A stretch of 64,000 nt of DNA from Phyllobates terribilis (Eukaryota): contig NW_027362763.1 in assembly GCF_046119375.1 (NCBI RefSeq), positions 569,780,001 through 569,844,000 of the forward strand, given 5' to 3'. A program made the translations under genes and the position numbers. Below the pieces are notes generated by a model. That model saw nothing but the letters and a program-made list of their open reading frames with translations. It had not been told where the DNA came from and did not search any database. Positions 46,606 to 57,706 of the stretch are shown piece by piece (position 1 is the stretch's first letter; each line of letters starts with the position of its first letter).

Positions 46606-47360
46606 CACTGTGTTCCAAATTATTATGCAAGAAGTGTTTAGGAGTGATAAGGTAAGAATTTTTTTGTTTGTCAGTTAAACTCATTGATGGTGATGTGTGT
46701 CATGGCTCTTTATATCACTGTAAGCAATTGCAGACATCTGTGCTAGATAGTTTGGCAGGTGTGTCCAATGAAAGGCAAGACTACTTAAGAAGGCTGTCCC
46801 ACATTATTAAGCAGCCTACATTTTCTGTCAAAATGGGAAAGAAAAAGGATATGTTGGCTGCTGAGAAGCAACAAATTGTGGAGTGTTTAGGTCAAGGCAT
46901 GACTACAATCAACATTGCCAAGACACTTCATCGTGATCATCGCACAATCAAGAAGTATGTAGCTGATTCACAGTACACACGTGTGCGTGCTGATAAGGGA
47001 AAATTGAGGACTCTTTCCTACAGGCAATTACGTCAGGTTAAAAGAGCAGCAGCAAAAAAGCCTTGTCATAGCAGCAGACAAGTTTTTGAAGCTGCTGGTG
47101 CCTCCAACGTCACCCGAACAACAAGATGCAGGGTCCTTCAGAGGTTTGCAGCTGTGCGTAAGCCATCCTGTCGACCTCCTCTATCCACTGTACACCAGCA
47201 GAAACGGCTCCAGTGGGCCAAACAATATGTGTCACCCTGGCCTGGATGCCACAAGTGTAATTAAAGCTGTGTCTGAGAGCAAGGGGGCCCTTCTCTAGTC
47301 AGGGGAACATTAGCATGCAATGCCTCCTGTCTCAGGCCAGTAGGGGGAGCTGGCTGCCCC

Positions 47361-47368
47361 TATAAAAG
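47361..47368 (+). promoter_or_regulatory. TATA box of the Gypsy 5' LTR
   Basis: TATAAAAG; the 3' LTR has TATTAAAG at the same position. Confidence 0.55.
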
Positions 47369-48273
47369 CTGGTGCTGGGGGCAGGGTTAGGGAGAACTTG
47401 ACGGCCTGTCTCAGGACTGAGACTTGTCCCAGAGCAGAGCAGGGACAGACAGTTGCACTGCACCTAAGAGGAAGTGTGGCAGGAGGAGAGCCACAAGCCA
47501 GAGACAAGAGGCGAAGAGAGCCTGTCTTGGCAGAAAGAGGACTTAATTTACCAGACTTTGGTGTCTGAAGCTGGAAGGATTCCACATCCCCCAGCAGATA
47601 ACCAGTCCGCAAGGGACTGTATATTCCTTGGCCTAAGAAGCCTGGAGGCCCTGCCACAACCGAAGGGACCAGTAAAGCCGTACCAGGCTGGGAGCAGAAA
47701 GGAACCCACGTCGCAGGCCATACAGGCGGGAATACACGGAAAGCTCGGAAACGTGGGCTGTTACCCTATAACGAGGAGATAGCCAGAAGGAGCGCAGAAA
47801 GCACGGTAGGCCTACACCCTCACCCTGACCAGGGCCAATTTCCCCGTTGCTCTCAAACATCCAGGTCCCCTCCTAGCTGGGACTGTTTATGGGTCAGTTT
47901 ACCTGTTTCAGTAAAGACCCTGGACTGCAACCTATTGTCTGTGTGCTCCTTCGCGCCTCCAGCACTACCGGTACTGGGACTCTCACCACCATCACTCCCA
48001 CCATCCATTATACTGCCCTGGGGCCGCACTCTTCCCGTGGGGAGTCATACTACCCTAGCTGCACACCTCATCAGCCCCAGCGGTCTGCATGCAGCGGCGG
48101 TTCCTAATAACCACAATCCACGGGTGGCGTAGTCGGACATAATCAACAACACGTAACGGACTACCACTGGCCTGACCACCCTGAGCCACGGAACCGGGTT
48201 GCCACTACTACTCCCATCGTTCCCCCTATTGCCCGGATCCGAGTGCCCCACGGCCCAGGGGGCGAGTCAGCTT

Positions 48274-48291
48274 TGGCGTAGTCGGCAGGAT
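48274..48291 (+). promoter_or_regulatory. Gypsy primer-binding site, tRNA-Ser (AGA/UGA type)
   Basis: TGGCGTAGTCGGCAGGAT starts after a 4-nt spacer (GCTT) from the 5' LTR. It is the complement of the 3' end ...AUCCUGCCGACUACGCCA of vertebrate tRNA-Ser (recalled, not looked up). Confidence 0.85.
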
Positions 48292-48716
48292 TTCGTGCCC
48301 GCAACCACCGGGTACTGCATGCCTGAAAAAGACTTTTGTAACTTACCTGTGGCGAAGTTTCCCGCCGTCCGGAGTCGTTTCCCGCCATCCGGAGCCGATT
48401 CCCGCCATCAGACGCCATCTTGGACCGTTTCCCGCCATCTTCTGCCGTCTTCCCGCCATCCGCAGCTGCTTCCCGCCATCGGACGCCATCTTCAGAACGC
48501 CGAGCAGGAAGAAGAGGGGCGTGGACGCCGAAAGCGCGCGAGACCCGAAGCTCCGCCCCACGCACCGACGCTGCGCAAGGTCCTGGAAGGGAGAGAGCAA
48601 TGCTGACGTCATCAGGACGCGACGCAAGGTCCTCGTCCAGAGCATCAGCAGCGGAGCCGCGACCTACAGATGAGGATCGTCGGAAGGTAGGCCACGCTTA
48701 ACTAGGGGGGAGGAAG

Positions 48717-49709
48717 ATGTCGGACACAGAGGCACCCACTACCACCAACGCAGCTGCAGCAGCAGTGATGCCCTTTTCCCTGCCCTACATCCCTGGAGCG
48801 GCCTGGCTGCCCAAGTACTCAGGGGAGCCCCATGCCCTAACTGACTTTAAGGAAAGGCTGTACAGTTTGTTCCAAGTTTACCCCCTGACAGAAGAACAGA
48901 AGGTCAGCATACTAACAGGGCAGTTAATTGGCGCAGCCCAAAGGGAGGTAAAATCATGGCCCACTGAGGAGAAAAGGACTGTGAAGGGTATTCTGGCCCG
49001 GCTGCGGGGTACCTTTGACACACGTACCTTCGCTGAGATTAAAATGAGGTTCTATGGATGTAAGCAGCGGGCACAGGACAGCATCAGAGACTATGCCCTA
49101 AATCTGCTGGAAGCCTTGAGGGCTATTCAACAAACTGACCCTGGCAGTGTGCAGGAAACGGATAAGCTGCTAACAGAACAATTCATAGAAGGTCTGCTGT
49201 CTAGCGCCCACAAGGCCCAACTGCGCCTCATGTTCTTTCAGAACCCCGACCTGACCTTTGCCCAATTTAAGGACAGGGCCATAAGGGTGCTCCGTGAATC
49301 TGCAACCAGTGGCGCTATAAACCCCCGGCGCCCTGCTCTCACCTACCACCAGGAGGCGGCGCCCTCCTCTATGGACTCCGTGGGGACTGATGCACAGGCC
49401 CTGAATCAAGCCCCGTCGAAAGACCTGCACCACCAAGTCCTGGAGCTGACCAGGAGCGTCACGGTGTTGACCAGGACCGTCCAGGCATTGCAAGTGGACC
49501 CGTCAAGACCCATCGAGCTGGCTTCAAGTCCGGAGGATGTCCCGTGGCGTCGACAGAGGAGGATCCCGTCGTTCCGAGGGAGGCCCACAGACCGCTACGC
49601 AGAGGATGGACAGCCCATTTGCCGTCGGTGCAACCAGCCCGGACACATTTCCAGGTACTGTAATTTAAACGGGTCCAACCTGGGGCAGAGGGCCAACCCC
49701 CAGGCATAA
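48717..49709 (+). CDS. gag: Gypsy Gag, 330 aa, open reading frame intact
   Basis: WLPKYSG capsid-like start and C-terminal CRRCNQPGHISRYC (CX2CX4HX4C) knuckle. Confidence 0.92.
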   Translation: MSDTEAPTTTNAAAAAVMPFSLPYIPGAAWLPKYSGEPHALTDFKERLYSLFQVYPLTEEQKVSILTGQLIGAAQREVKSWPTEEKRTVKGILARLRGTFDTRTFAEIKMRFYGCKQRAQDSIRDYALNLLEALRAIQQTDPGSVQETDKLLTEQFIEGLLSSAHKAQLRLMFFQNPDLTFAQFKDRAIRVLRESATSGAINPRRPALTYHQEAAPSSMDSVGTDAQALNQAPSKDLHHQVLELTRSVTVLTRTVQALQVDPSRPIELASSPEDVPWRRQRRIPSFRGRPTDRYAEDGQPICRRCNQPGHISRYCNLNGSNLGQRANPQA

Positions 49710-49724
49710 GATCACCAGGCCCTT
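49664..49724 (+). promoter_or_regulatory. -1 programmed ribosomal frameshift signal (T TTA AAC plus predicted pseudoknot)
   Basis: The heptamer is in gag frame. The -1 frame is open into pol. Stem CCTGGGG/CCCCAGG starts after an 8-nt spacer. Confidence 0.8.
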
Positions 49725-52700
49725 ATAATTGGCGTTATAAGTACTTTGGGGGGCGCCCGGTTTTACCCGTGGTGCTGGACGGTATCCCCATGAGCGCCTT
49801 GCTGGATACTGGGTCGCAAGTAACCACTATCCCTTATGTACTTTTTAAGCAGTATTGGACTGATGCTGATATCACACGGTATCCAGACAGTAACTTGAGC
49901 ATCATCACCAGTAATGGCTTACCCGTGCCGCAGATGGGGTTCAAGGAGATGACCATTAAGATTGGTAAAGTTGAACTGCCGGCACAGGGAGTAATTATTG
50001 TGGACATTGACCGTCGTGAAAGTCACCCTAAAATAACTGTGGGTACTAATGTAATTGAAAATTGTCTTTCAGAGGTAAATGTAATTCTACAACAGGTGGC
50101 GGTGAATGCTAGTTCCAGCCAACAGAGAGTCCTCAACAAGGAGATAAAAGCCCTGATGAGACGGCAGCAGGTAGAACTGTCTGGTGGTGAGATCGGTAGC
50201 GTAAGACTGAGTGACCCATTCGCCATTTCCATGCCTCCCAAAAGTGAAATGATGATCTGGTGTCGGACTGCAATCGGGTTGAGAGGTAGGGACTACCAAG
50301 CCATGGTAGAATCCGTGTACACAGACAGCAGGCCCACCATTTTGACAGCCCGGGGGGTGGTTGATGTCCGTCATGGGAGGGTGCCCGTCCGCATTCTCAA
50401 CATCGGGGAGAGGGAAGTACACTTACCCAGGTACGCTACACTCGCCAAACTGTTTGTTGTCGAACACAAAGCCATCAGGGCCGTGGAACCCTTGCCTCCA
50501 TCTCCACAGGCGGAGGGTAATGGCTCCCAGAAACAAAAGGAGGACTGGTGCCAGAAACTCCATGTGGGTGCTGACTCCACTCCCCTGCACCAAAAACAAG
50601 GAGTCTACCGGGTGGTACAGGAGTACGAGAGAGTCTTTAGTAAGCACCCGCTAGACTTCGGCAGAGTAAAGGGGATAGAACACCACATCCCCACAGGGAG
50701 TCACCCACCAATAAAAGAGAGACACAGGCCTGTACCCCCTGCACATTATCAGAACGCCAAGGGCCTGCTAAGAGAAATGAAAGAAGCTGGGGTTATTAGA
50801 GACAGCTGTAGCCCCTGGGCAGCCCCCTTGGTTCTGGTCAAAAAGAAAGACGGCACCATGAGAATGTGCGTGGACTATAGACAAATCAACCGTATCACCC
50901 ACAAAGACGCATATCCGCTGCCTAGAATAGAGGAGTCTTTAGCTGCACTAAAATCAGCTAACTTCTTTTCTACTTTGGACCTTACTAGCGGGTACTGGCA
51001 GCTTCCTGTGGCAGAGGCTGACAAGGAGAAGACCGCCTTCACCACCCCGATGGGACTGAGTGAGTTCAACTGTATGCCCTTCGGGCTCTGCAACGCACCA
51101 GGGACCTTCCAGAGGCTGATGGAATGCTGTCTAGGGCACCAAAACTTCGAGACGGTCCTCCTTTACCTGGACGACGTGATCGTCTATTCGAAGACCTACG
51201 AGGACCACCTAAAGCACCTGGCCGAGGTGTTCGAAGCCCTGGCAGGCTATGGCCTGAAGGTGAAACCATCGTAGTGTCACCTGCTGAAACCAAAGGTCCA
51301 GTATCTAGGGCACGTGGTAAGCGCGGAAGGAGTGGCCCCCGACCCTGACAAGGTCACGGCAATCAAGAGCTGGCCAAGCCCCTCGAACATCAAAGAGGTG
51401 AGACAGTTTCTCGGGTTGGTAGGCTACTACCGAAGGCTCATCCCCGGGTTCACTAAGATGGCAGCTCCTATGCAGGACCTCCTGATCGGACAGTCTAAGT
51501 CCAGAAGTCAAAAGCCACCCTTCAAGTGGGATAAGCCGGAAGAGGAGTCCTTCCGCCAGTTGAAGATGGCCCTCACGGGGGATGAGATCCTGGCCTACCC
51601 TGATTATGGTCAGCCTTTCATTCTCCACACAGAGGCCAGTAATGTGGGACTGGGAGCCGTACTGTCCCAAAACCAACAGGGCAGAGAACGGGTGATCGCG
51701 TACGCCAGCCGGAAGCTGAGGCCCACCGAGAGGAACCCGGAGAATTACAGCTCCTTCAAGCTAGAATTCTTGGCGGTGGTGTGGGCCGTGACGGAACGCT
51801 TCAAGCATTACCTGGCCTCCGCAAAGTTCACAGTGTACACGGACAGCAACCCATTGACACACCTAGACAATGCAAGACTGGGTGCCCTAGAACAGCGGTG
51901 GATGGCCCGTCTCTCCAACTATGACTTCGTGATCAAGTACCGGGCAGGCAAAACCAATGCCAACGCGGACGCCCTATCAAGAATGCCTCACTTACCTGAA
52001 GGTGACGAAGACCCAGAAGAGATGGAGGAGGTAGAACTCCCCGCGTTTCACCGGTATGGAGCCGCTCAATACTCCCACCGCGTGAAAGAGGAGGATCTAA
52101 CAACCGTGATGATCAATCCCCTACCTCACCACAGCTGGGCCGAGACCCAAGATAGCGACCCTGCCATCCGTCTGGTGAAAGAACTGCTGACCCAGGAAGA
52201 CGCCCGCATGGATCAGGATGCTCCAGAGGAAGCCAAGCAGCTATGGAAGGAGAAGAGCAAGCTGTTCCTCTACGAAGGCAAGTTGTGCAGAAGGATTGTC
52301 AACCACCGGACGCACGAGCTGACCTGGCAAGTCGTGGTTCCAAGGCGGGATGCAGCTATGGTCCTGGGAGCTTACCGGGACACTTTGGTTGGAAGAAACT
52401 GGAGTTCCTGCTAAGAGGAAGGTTCTTTTGGGTCGGCATGAGAGGAGCTGTAGAAAAATGGTGCAGAGACTGTGGCCCTTGTCACCTGAGGAGGAAGGAC
52501 CGCACCAGCCAGAAGACACCCTTGAGGCCCATCGTCACCACGCAGCCTCTTGAGCTGGTAGCTCTGGACCACGTCAAATTGGCTCCAAGCCGGTCAGGAT
52601 ACATCTATGCCCTGACAATCGTGGACCACTATTCCCGTTTTCTAGTGGTGGTCCCGGTAAAGGACTTGACAGCCCAAACAGCGGCCAGAGCCTTCCAGCA

Positions 52701-53823
52701 ATATTTCTGCCGTCCACACGGGTATCCGGAACAGGTCCTGACAGACCAGGGTCCAGCGTTCGAGGCTGAAATCTTCCAGGAGTTCTGCAACCTCTATGGC
52801 TGTAAGAAGATTCGTACAACGCCTTACCACCCACAAACCAACGGGATGTGTGAGAAGATGAACAATATAGTCATTGATCTCCTGAAGACGTTGCCCCTGG
52901 AGGAACGCAGCCTGTGGCCAGAAAAACTGCCGGACCTGATAGACCTATACAACAATATCCCGGTGAATGCTACAAACTGCACCCCGGCTTACCTAATGCG
53001 AGCTAGACCAGGTAAGCTGCCCGTAGACCTGGAGATGGGAGTCTTAATACCTGAGGACACCTCCCCGGATGCGGACTGGGATACGGAAAGGCAACTGCAG
53101 TACAAGAAGGTACAGGAGAGTGTGGAGAGGAGCCTGGCCCAGGTGAGAGAAAGGCAAGAAAGACTCTTCAACCAACACGCCCCTGCTGGTCCCCTAGAAC
53201 CTGGTGAGCAAGTCCTAAAGCGAAAAAGAAGGCTACATAAGTTGGACGACCAGTGGGAAAGGGAACCCTACACCGTACTGCAGTCTGATCACGACAACCC
53301 GAAGGTGTGCGTGATCACCAAGGACGGAGGAGAAACCACTAGCACCGTCTCCAGAGACCACCTCAAAAGATGCCCCGAGCAACTCCGTAGTGCAGAAGAG
53401 GATCAGAGTGACCTTGAACCCGCAGAGGACAAGGAAGAAATGATCAGCACCGTTCTCGGAGAGTTCCCTCAGTCCTGGACTCACATAAATGATGCCATAG
53501 TGCTACCTGTCCTGCATTTCCTGCAACCGGCACAGCAACAACCAACACCAGAGCCGGAAGGTGAAGAGGAGCAAGCGGTTCCAGAGGCAGAAGAGCCTGA
53601 ACCAGCAGCCCAGGAGAATCAAACCTCTGCTGACAGTGAGCCTGCCATGCCTGCGGTAAGCCAAAGAACCCGCAGACAGCTGCCTGCCCTACCTGTACAC
53701 CCAGCTGGTAGCTGTACCCCTAACGCTAGTGGGAAAAGCAGAGTCAGTCCACCACCAGACAGTGGGTTAAGGAGGTCAACCAGGAGCACAAAGGGGCAGA
53801 TACCCGCTCGCTGGAGAATATAG
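49664..53823 (+). pseudogene. pol: Gypsy Pol (PR-RT-RNaseH-IN) with in-frame TAG at 51272-51274 and a frameshift near 52375
   Basis: LLDTGSQ, LDLTSGYWQ, MPFGLCNAP, YLDD, TEAS (catalytic D changed to E), GHFG..CRDCGPC, ALDHV/TDQG/CEKMN integrase triad. Confidence 0.95.
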
Positions 53824-54200
53824 GATGTACTAAAATTGTAAATAACCCTGTTGCCAAATGTTGAATCGTTTGCAAAGTTACATGCATGTTTGGTAATACT
53901 CTGTTTCAGTTTCTTGCAGCTACCGTAAGGACTCACAGGTTATGGACTTTTTATAACCAGGACCTTGCATGGACTGCGTTCGGAGCCTAACCCAGGAATG
54001 AACTAAGACTGTGAAGGACTTGGGGTAGGACAGACCCCCACCTGGTTAAGGCTCCCCGTTGTATTGGTGATATGGACACCCGGTCACAGGCCACACTGTG
54101 ACCTTAAGAACTCAATTTGTGCGTTGTCTGTCTATTAATGTTTTATTGTTATGCATATTGTCTTTGTTTACTGTTTAGTCCTGGAGTACTAAATTTCACT

Positions 54201-54209
54201 AGGGGGGGA
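54201..54209 (+). promoter_or_regulatory. Gypsy polypurine tract
   Basis: AGGGGGGGA abuts the 3' LTR TG. Confidence 0.85.
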
Positions 54210-56864
54210 TGTGTCACCCTGGCCTGGATGCCACAAATGTAATTAAAGCTGTGTCTGAGAGCAAGGGGGAGGTTCTCTATTCAGGGGAACATTAGCATGC
54301 AATGCCTCCTGTCTCAGGCCAGTAGGGGGAGCTGGCTGCCCCTATTAAAGCTGGTGCTGGGGGCAGGGTTAGGGAGAACTTGACGGCCTGTCTCAGGACT
54401 GAGACTTGTCCCAGAGCAGAGCAGGGACAGACAGTTGCACTGCACCTAAGAGGAAGTGTGGCAGGAGGAGAGCCACAAGCCAGAGACAAGAGGCGAAGAG
54501 AGCCTGTCTTGGCAGAAAGAGGACTTAATTTACCAGACTTTGGTGTCTGAGGCTGGAAGGATTCCACATCCCCCAGCAGATAACCAGTCCGCAAGGGACT
54601 GTATATTCCTTGGCCTAAGAAGCCTGGAGGCCCTGCCACAACCGAAGGGACCAGTAAAGGCGTACCAGGCTGGGAGCAGAAAGGAACCCACGTCGCAGGC
54701 CATACAGGCGGGAATACACGGAAAGCTCGGAAACGTGGGCTGTTACCCTATAACGAGGAGATAGCCAGAAGGAGCGCAGAAAGCACAGTAGGCCTACACC
54801 CTCACCCTGACCAGGGCCAATTTCCCCGTTGCTCTCAAACATCCAGGTCCCCTCCTAGCTGGGACTGTTTATGGGTCAGTTTACCTGTTTCAGTAAAGAC
54901 CCTGGACTGCAACCTATTGTCTGTGTGCTCCTTCGCGCCTCCAGCACTACCGGTACTGGGACTCTCACCACCATCACTCCCACCATCCATTATACTGCCC
55001 TGGGGCCGCACTTTTCTCGTGGGGAGTCACACTACCCTAGCTGCACACCTCATCAGCCCCAGCGGTCTGCATGCAGCGGCGGTTCCTAATAACCGCAATC
55101 CACAGGTGGCGTAGTCGGACATAATCAACAACACGTAGCGGACTACCACTGGCCTGACCACCCTGAGCCACGGAACCGGGTTGCCACTAGTACTCCCATC
55201 GTTCCCCCTATTGCCCGGATCCGAGTGCCCCACGGCCCAGGGGGCGAGTCAAATACATGAAGACTGACTTCAAAACTGTTTTGTTCACCGATGAGTGCCA
55301 TGCAACGCTCGATGGTCCAGATGGATGGAATGGAGGATGGCTGGTTGATGTACACCCCATGCAAACACGGCTACGGCGCCAACAAGGAGGAGGCGGAGTA
55401 ATGTTTTGGGCTGGAATCATGGGGAGAGAGATTGTCGGCCCCTTTAGGATCCCTGAAGGGGTAAAGATGAACTCCATAATGTATGATGAGTTTCTCAAAC
55501 AGCACTTCCTGCCATGGTTCAAGAAGAAGAACCGTGCATTCTGCAGCAAGATCATTTTCATGCATGATAATGCACCGTCTCATGCTGCACATAACACATC
55601 TGCATCTCTGGCTGCTATGGGCATAAAAGGGGACAAACTTATGGTGTGGCCCCCATGCTCTCCTGACCTCAACCCCATTGAGAACCTCTGGAGCATCATC
55701 AAAAGGAGTGTCTATGATGGCGGGAGGCAGTTCACATCTAAGCAACAGCTCTGGGAGGGTATTCTGTCCTCATGCAAAACAATTGAAGCAGAAACCATCC
55801 AAAACCTGACAAATTCAATGGACGAGAGAGTTCAGAAGCTCCTTTCGAACAAGGGGTCCTATGTGCAAATGTAACATCACCTAGAATAAAGTTTTGAGTT
55901 GAAAACTGTTTGATTTCAGTTTGTAATAACCTACTAATGCTTATAATTAGAGATGAGCGTTGTTCTACTCGAACTGTTCGCCAATCTCAAATTCGAGCTG
56001 TTTTGGGCGGTGTTCGAGCCGGTCGGCGAACACGAACAATTTGAGAAAAATTCGGCTGTTCGAGGTTATGTTCGATAACTGTTCGTGCACCAAAATCATA
56101 ACTGGATTTTTTCTCAGTAATGATGAAAATTAATGTTAATACGCAGTTTGAGTGTACAGCGGGGCGGGGGGAGGGGCAGGGGATGGATCTCTGCAGGAAC
56201 AATGAAGATCTCCATTTTTTTTTCTCTTTCCCGCATTTGCAGTGGGGAGGTGCAATCTGTCAGCCTATCAGCAGCGCACACACGGAGCGAAGTGCTTTTT
56301 TTCACACAAGCAAGGGCATGTGTGATTGGCAGTGTATGTCACATGTCCTTGCCCTATAAGACCAAGCCATTTTCCCCGTCGCCACCATTTTCTCACTGCT
56401 GCAGCTGCGTGTTAGACGGCACCGCTGTTGCTGTGTGCGCTATACCTTGTTAATTTCAAGCCAATTTTCGCACAAATATACAGATAGCTTGGGAGTAGGG
56501 AATAGTTGTGATTGCAGTCCTTTTAAGGACTAGGTTACAGCATTTCCTACGACTTTTATCAAGCAGGTCTGTGCTCTTAAATAGATAGATTGTGGGAGTA
56601 AAGACTAATTGTAATTGGAGTCCTTTTCAGGACTAGGTTACATCAGTTCCTATCAGTTTTTGCCAGGCAGGTCTGTGCCAGTGCTGTGCAAGTTTTTTTC
56701 ACAGCATTTGGCTGAATCTAGCAAAGCTAATCCTTTTTGGCCTATTGCAGAGTGTGTTAGTCAGTGGAGTAGCCTATCTGTGTTGCAAGATATACCACCT
56801 GTGTATAGAATACCAATTTTTTTACTGCACCTAGTGAAGTAAAATCTTTTGGGCATAGCATCAT

Positions 56865-57590
56865 TCTATTAGTCCATCTATACTGACCTCCATCAGGTTG
56901 CAAATTAAAAATAATTTTTTTCTGCATCTAGCTCTGAAAAAATATTTGGGCTTCTAGCAGTGTGTGGGACTTGGTCTATTAGTCCATCTATACTGACCTC
57001 CATCAGGTTGCAAATTAAAAATAATTTTTTTCTGCATCTAGCTCTGAAAAAATATTTGGGCTTCTAGCAGTGTGTGGGACTTGGTCTATTAGTCCATCTA
57101 TACTGACCTCCATCAGGTTGCAAATTAAAAATAATTTTTTTCTTCATTTAGCTCTGAAAAAATATTTGGGCTTCTAGCAGTGTGTGGGACTTGTTCTATT
57201 AGTCCTTCTATACTGACCTCCAGCAGGTTGCAAATTGAATATAATTTTTTTCTGCATCTAGCTCTGAAAAAATATTTGGGCTTCTAGCGGTGTGTGGGAC
57301 TTGGTCTATTAGTCCATCTATACTGACCTCCATCAGGTTGCAAATTAAAAATAATTTTTTTCTGCATCTAGCTCTGAAAAAATATTTGGGCTTCTAGCAG
57401 TGTGTGGGACTTGGTCTATTAGTCCATCTATACTGACCTCCATCAGGTTGCAAATTGAATAAAAAAAATTTCTGCATCTAGCTCTGAAAAAATATTTGGG
57501 CTTCTAGCGGTGTGTGGGACTTGGTCTATTAGTCCATCTATACTGACCTCCATCAGGTTGCAAATTAAAAATAATTTTTTTCTGCATCTA
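56865..57590 (+). repeat. 110-bp tandem repeat, ~6.6 copies, upstream of the hAT ORF
   Basis: Units start at 56865, 56975, 57085, 57195, 57305, 57415 and 57525 and are nearly identical. Confidence 0.95.
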
Positions 57591-57706
57591 ACCCAGCCAA
57601 TAGTTTTGGCCTAATACCACAGTTTGGCCACTCAGCTCTGCTCGGTTACCATCCATTGTTTTTTTGTGCAAACAACTCCAGAGTTGTGAATTAGTTAACC
57701 ACCAAA

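Larger units (their letters stand above)
47228..55251 (+). mobile_element. Full-length Ty3/Gypsy LTR retrotransposon
   Basis: 1042-bp LTRs at 47228-48269 and 54210-55251 (TGTGTC...GAGTCA; ~16 differences by manual count). TSD AATA at 47224-47227 and 55252-55255. Order gag, PR-RT-RH-IN. Confidence 0.97.
46833..55874 (+). pseudogene. DD37E transposase in two parts (46833-47227 and 55256-55874); 337 aa with no stop once the Gypsy is removed
   Basis: MGKKKD...RLQWAKQ-Y-MKTDFKTVLFTDECHATLDGPDGW...FMHDNAPSH...SPDLNPIE; 37 residues between the 2nd D and E. Confidence 0.93.
46606..55947 (+). mobile_element. Tc1-superfamily DD37E (TRT-like) transposon split by the Gypsy element; right end displaced by the hAT insertion
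   Basis: TA-CACTGTGTTCCAAATTATTATGCAA left TIR. The transposase halves flank the Gypsy TSD. Confidence 0.92.

Noticed and set aside
37338-48269. LTR at 37338 pairing with the 47228 LTR as a larger element
   Set aside because: It has its own TSD (TAAG), a different U3 and no PBS after it.
48274-48291. tRNA gene
   Set aside because: Only an 18-nt complement of a tRNA 3' end (a PBS); no cloverleaf. No tRNA or rRNA genes were seen in the window.
48161-48701. Several overlapping 90-135 aa ORFs in the Gypsy leader
   Set aside because: GC-rich repeat sequence lacks stops by composition; no recognisable domain.
53824-54200. Possible env-like third ORF in the Gypsy element
   Set aside because: Only ~380 bp lie between the pol stop and the PPT, with no long ORF.
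56865-57590. Regular repeat array upstream of a nuclease-like ORF, superficially CRISPR-like
   Set aside because: The units are contiguous and nearly identical with no unique spacers; the context is eukaryotic hAT.
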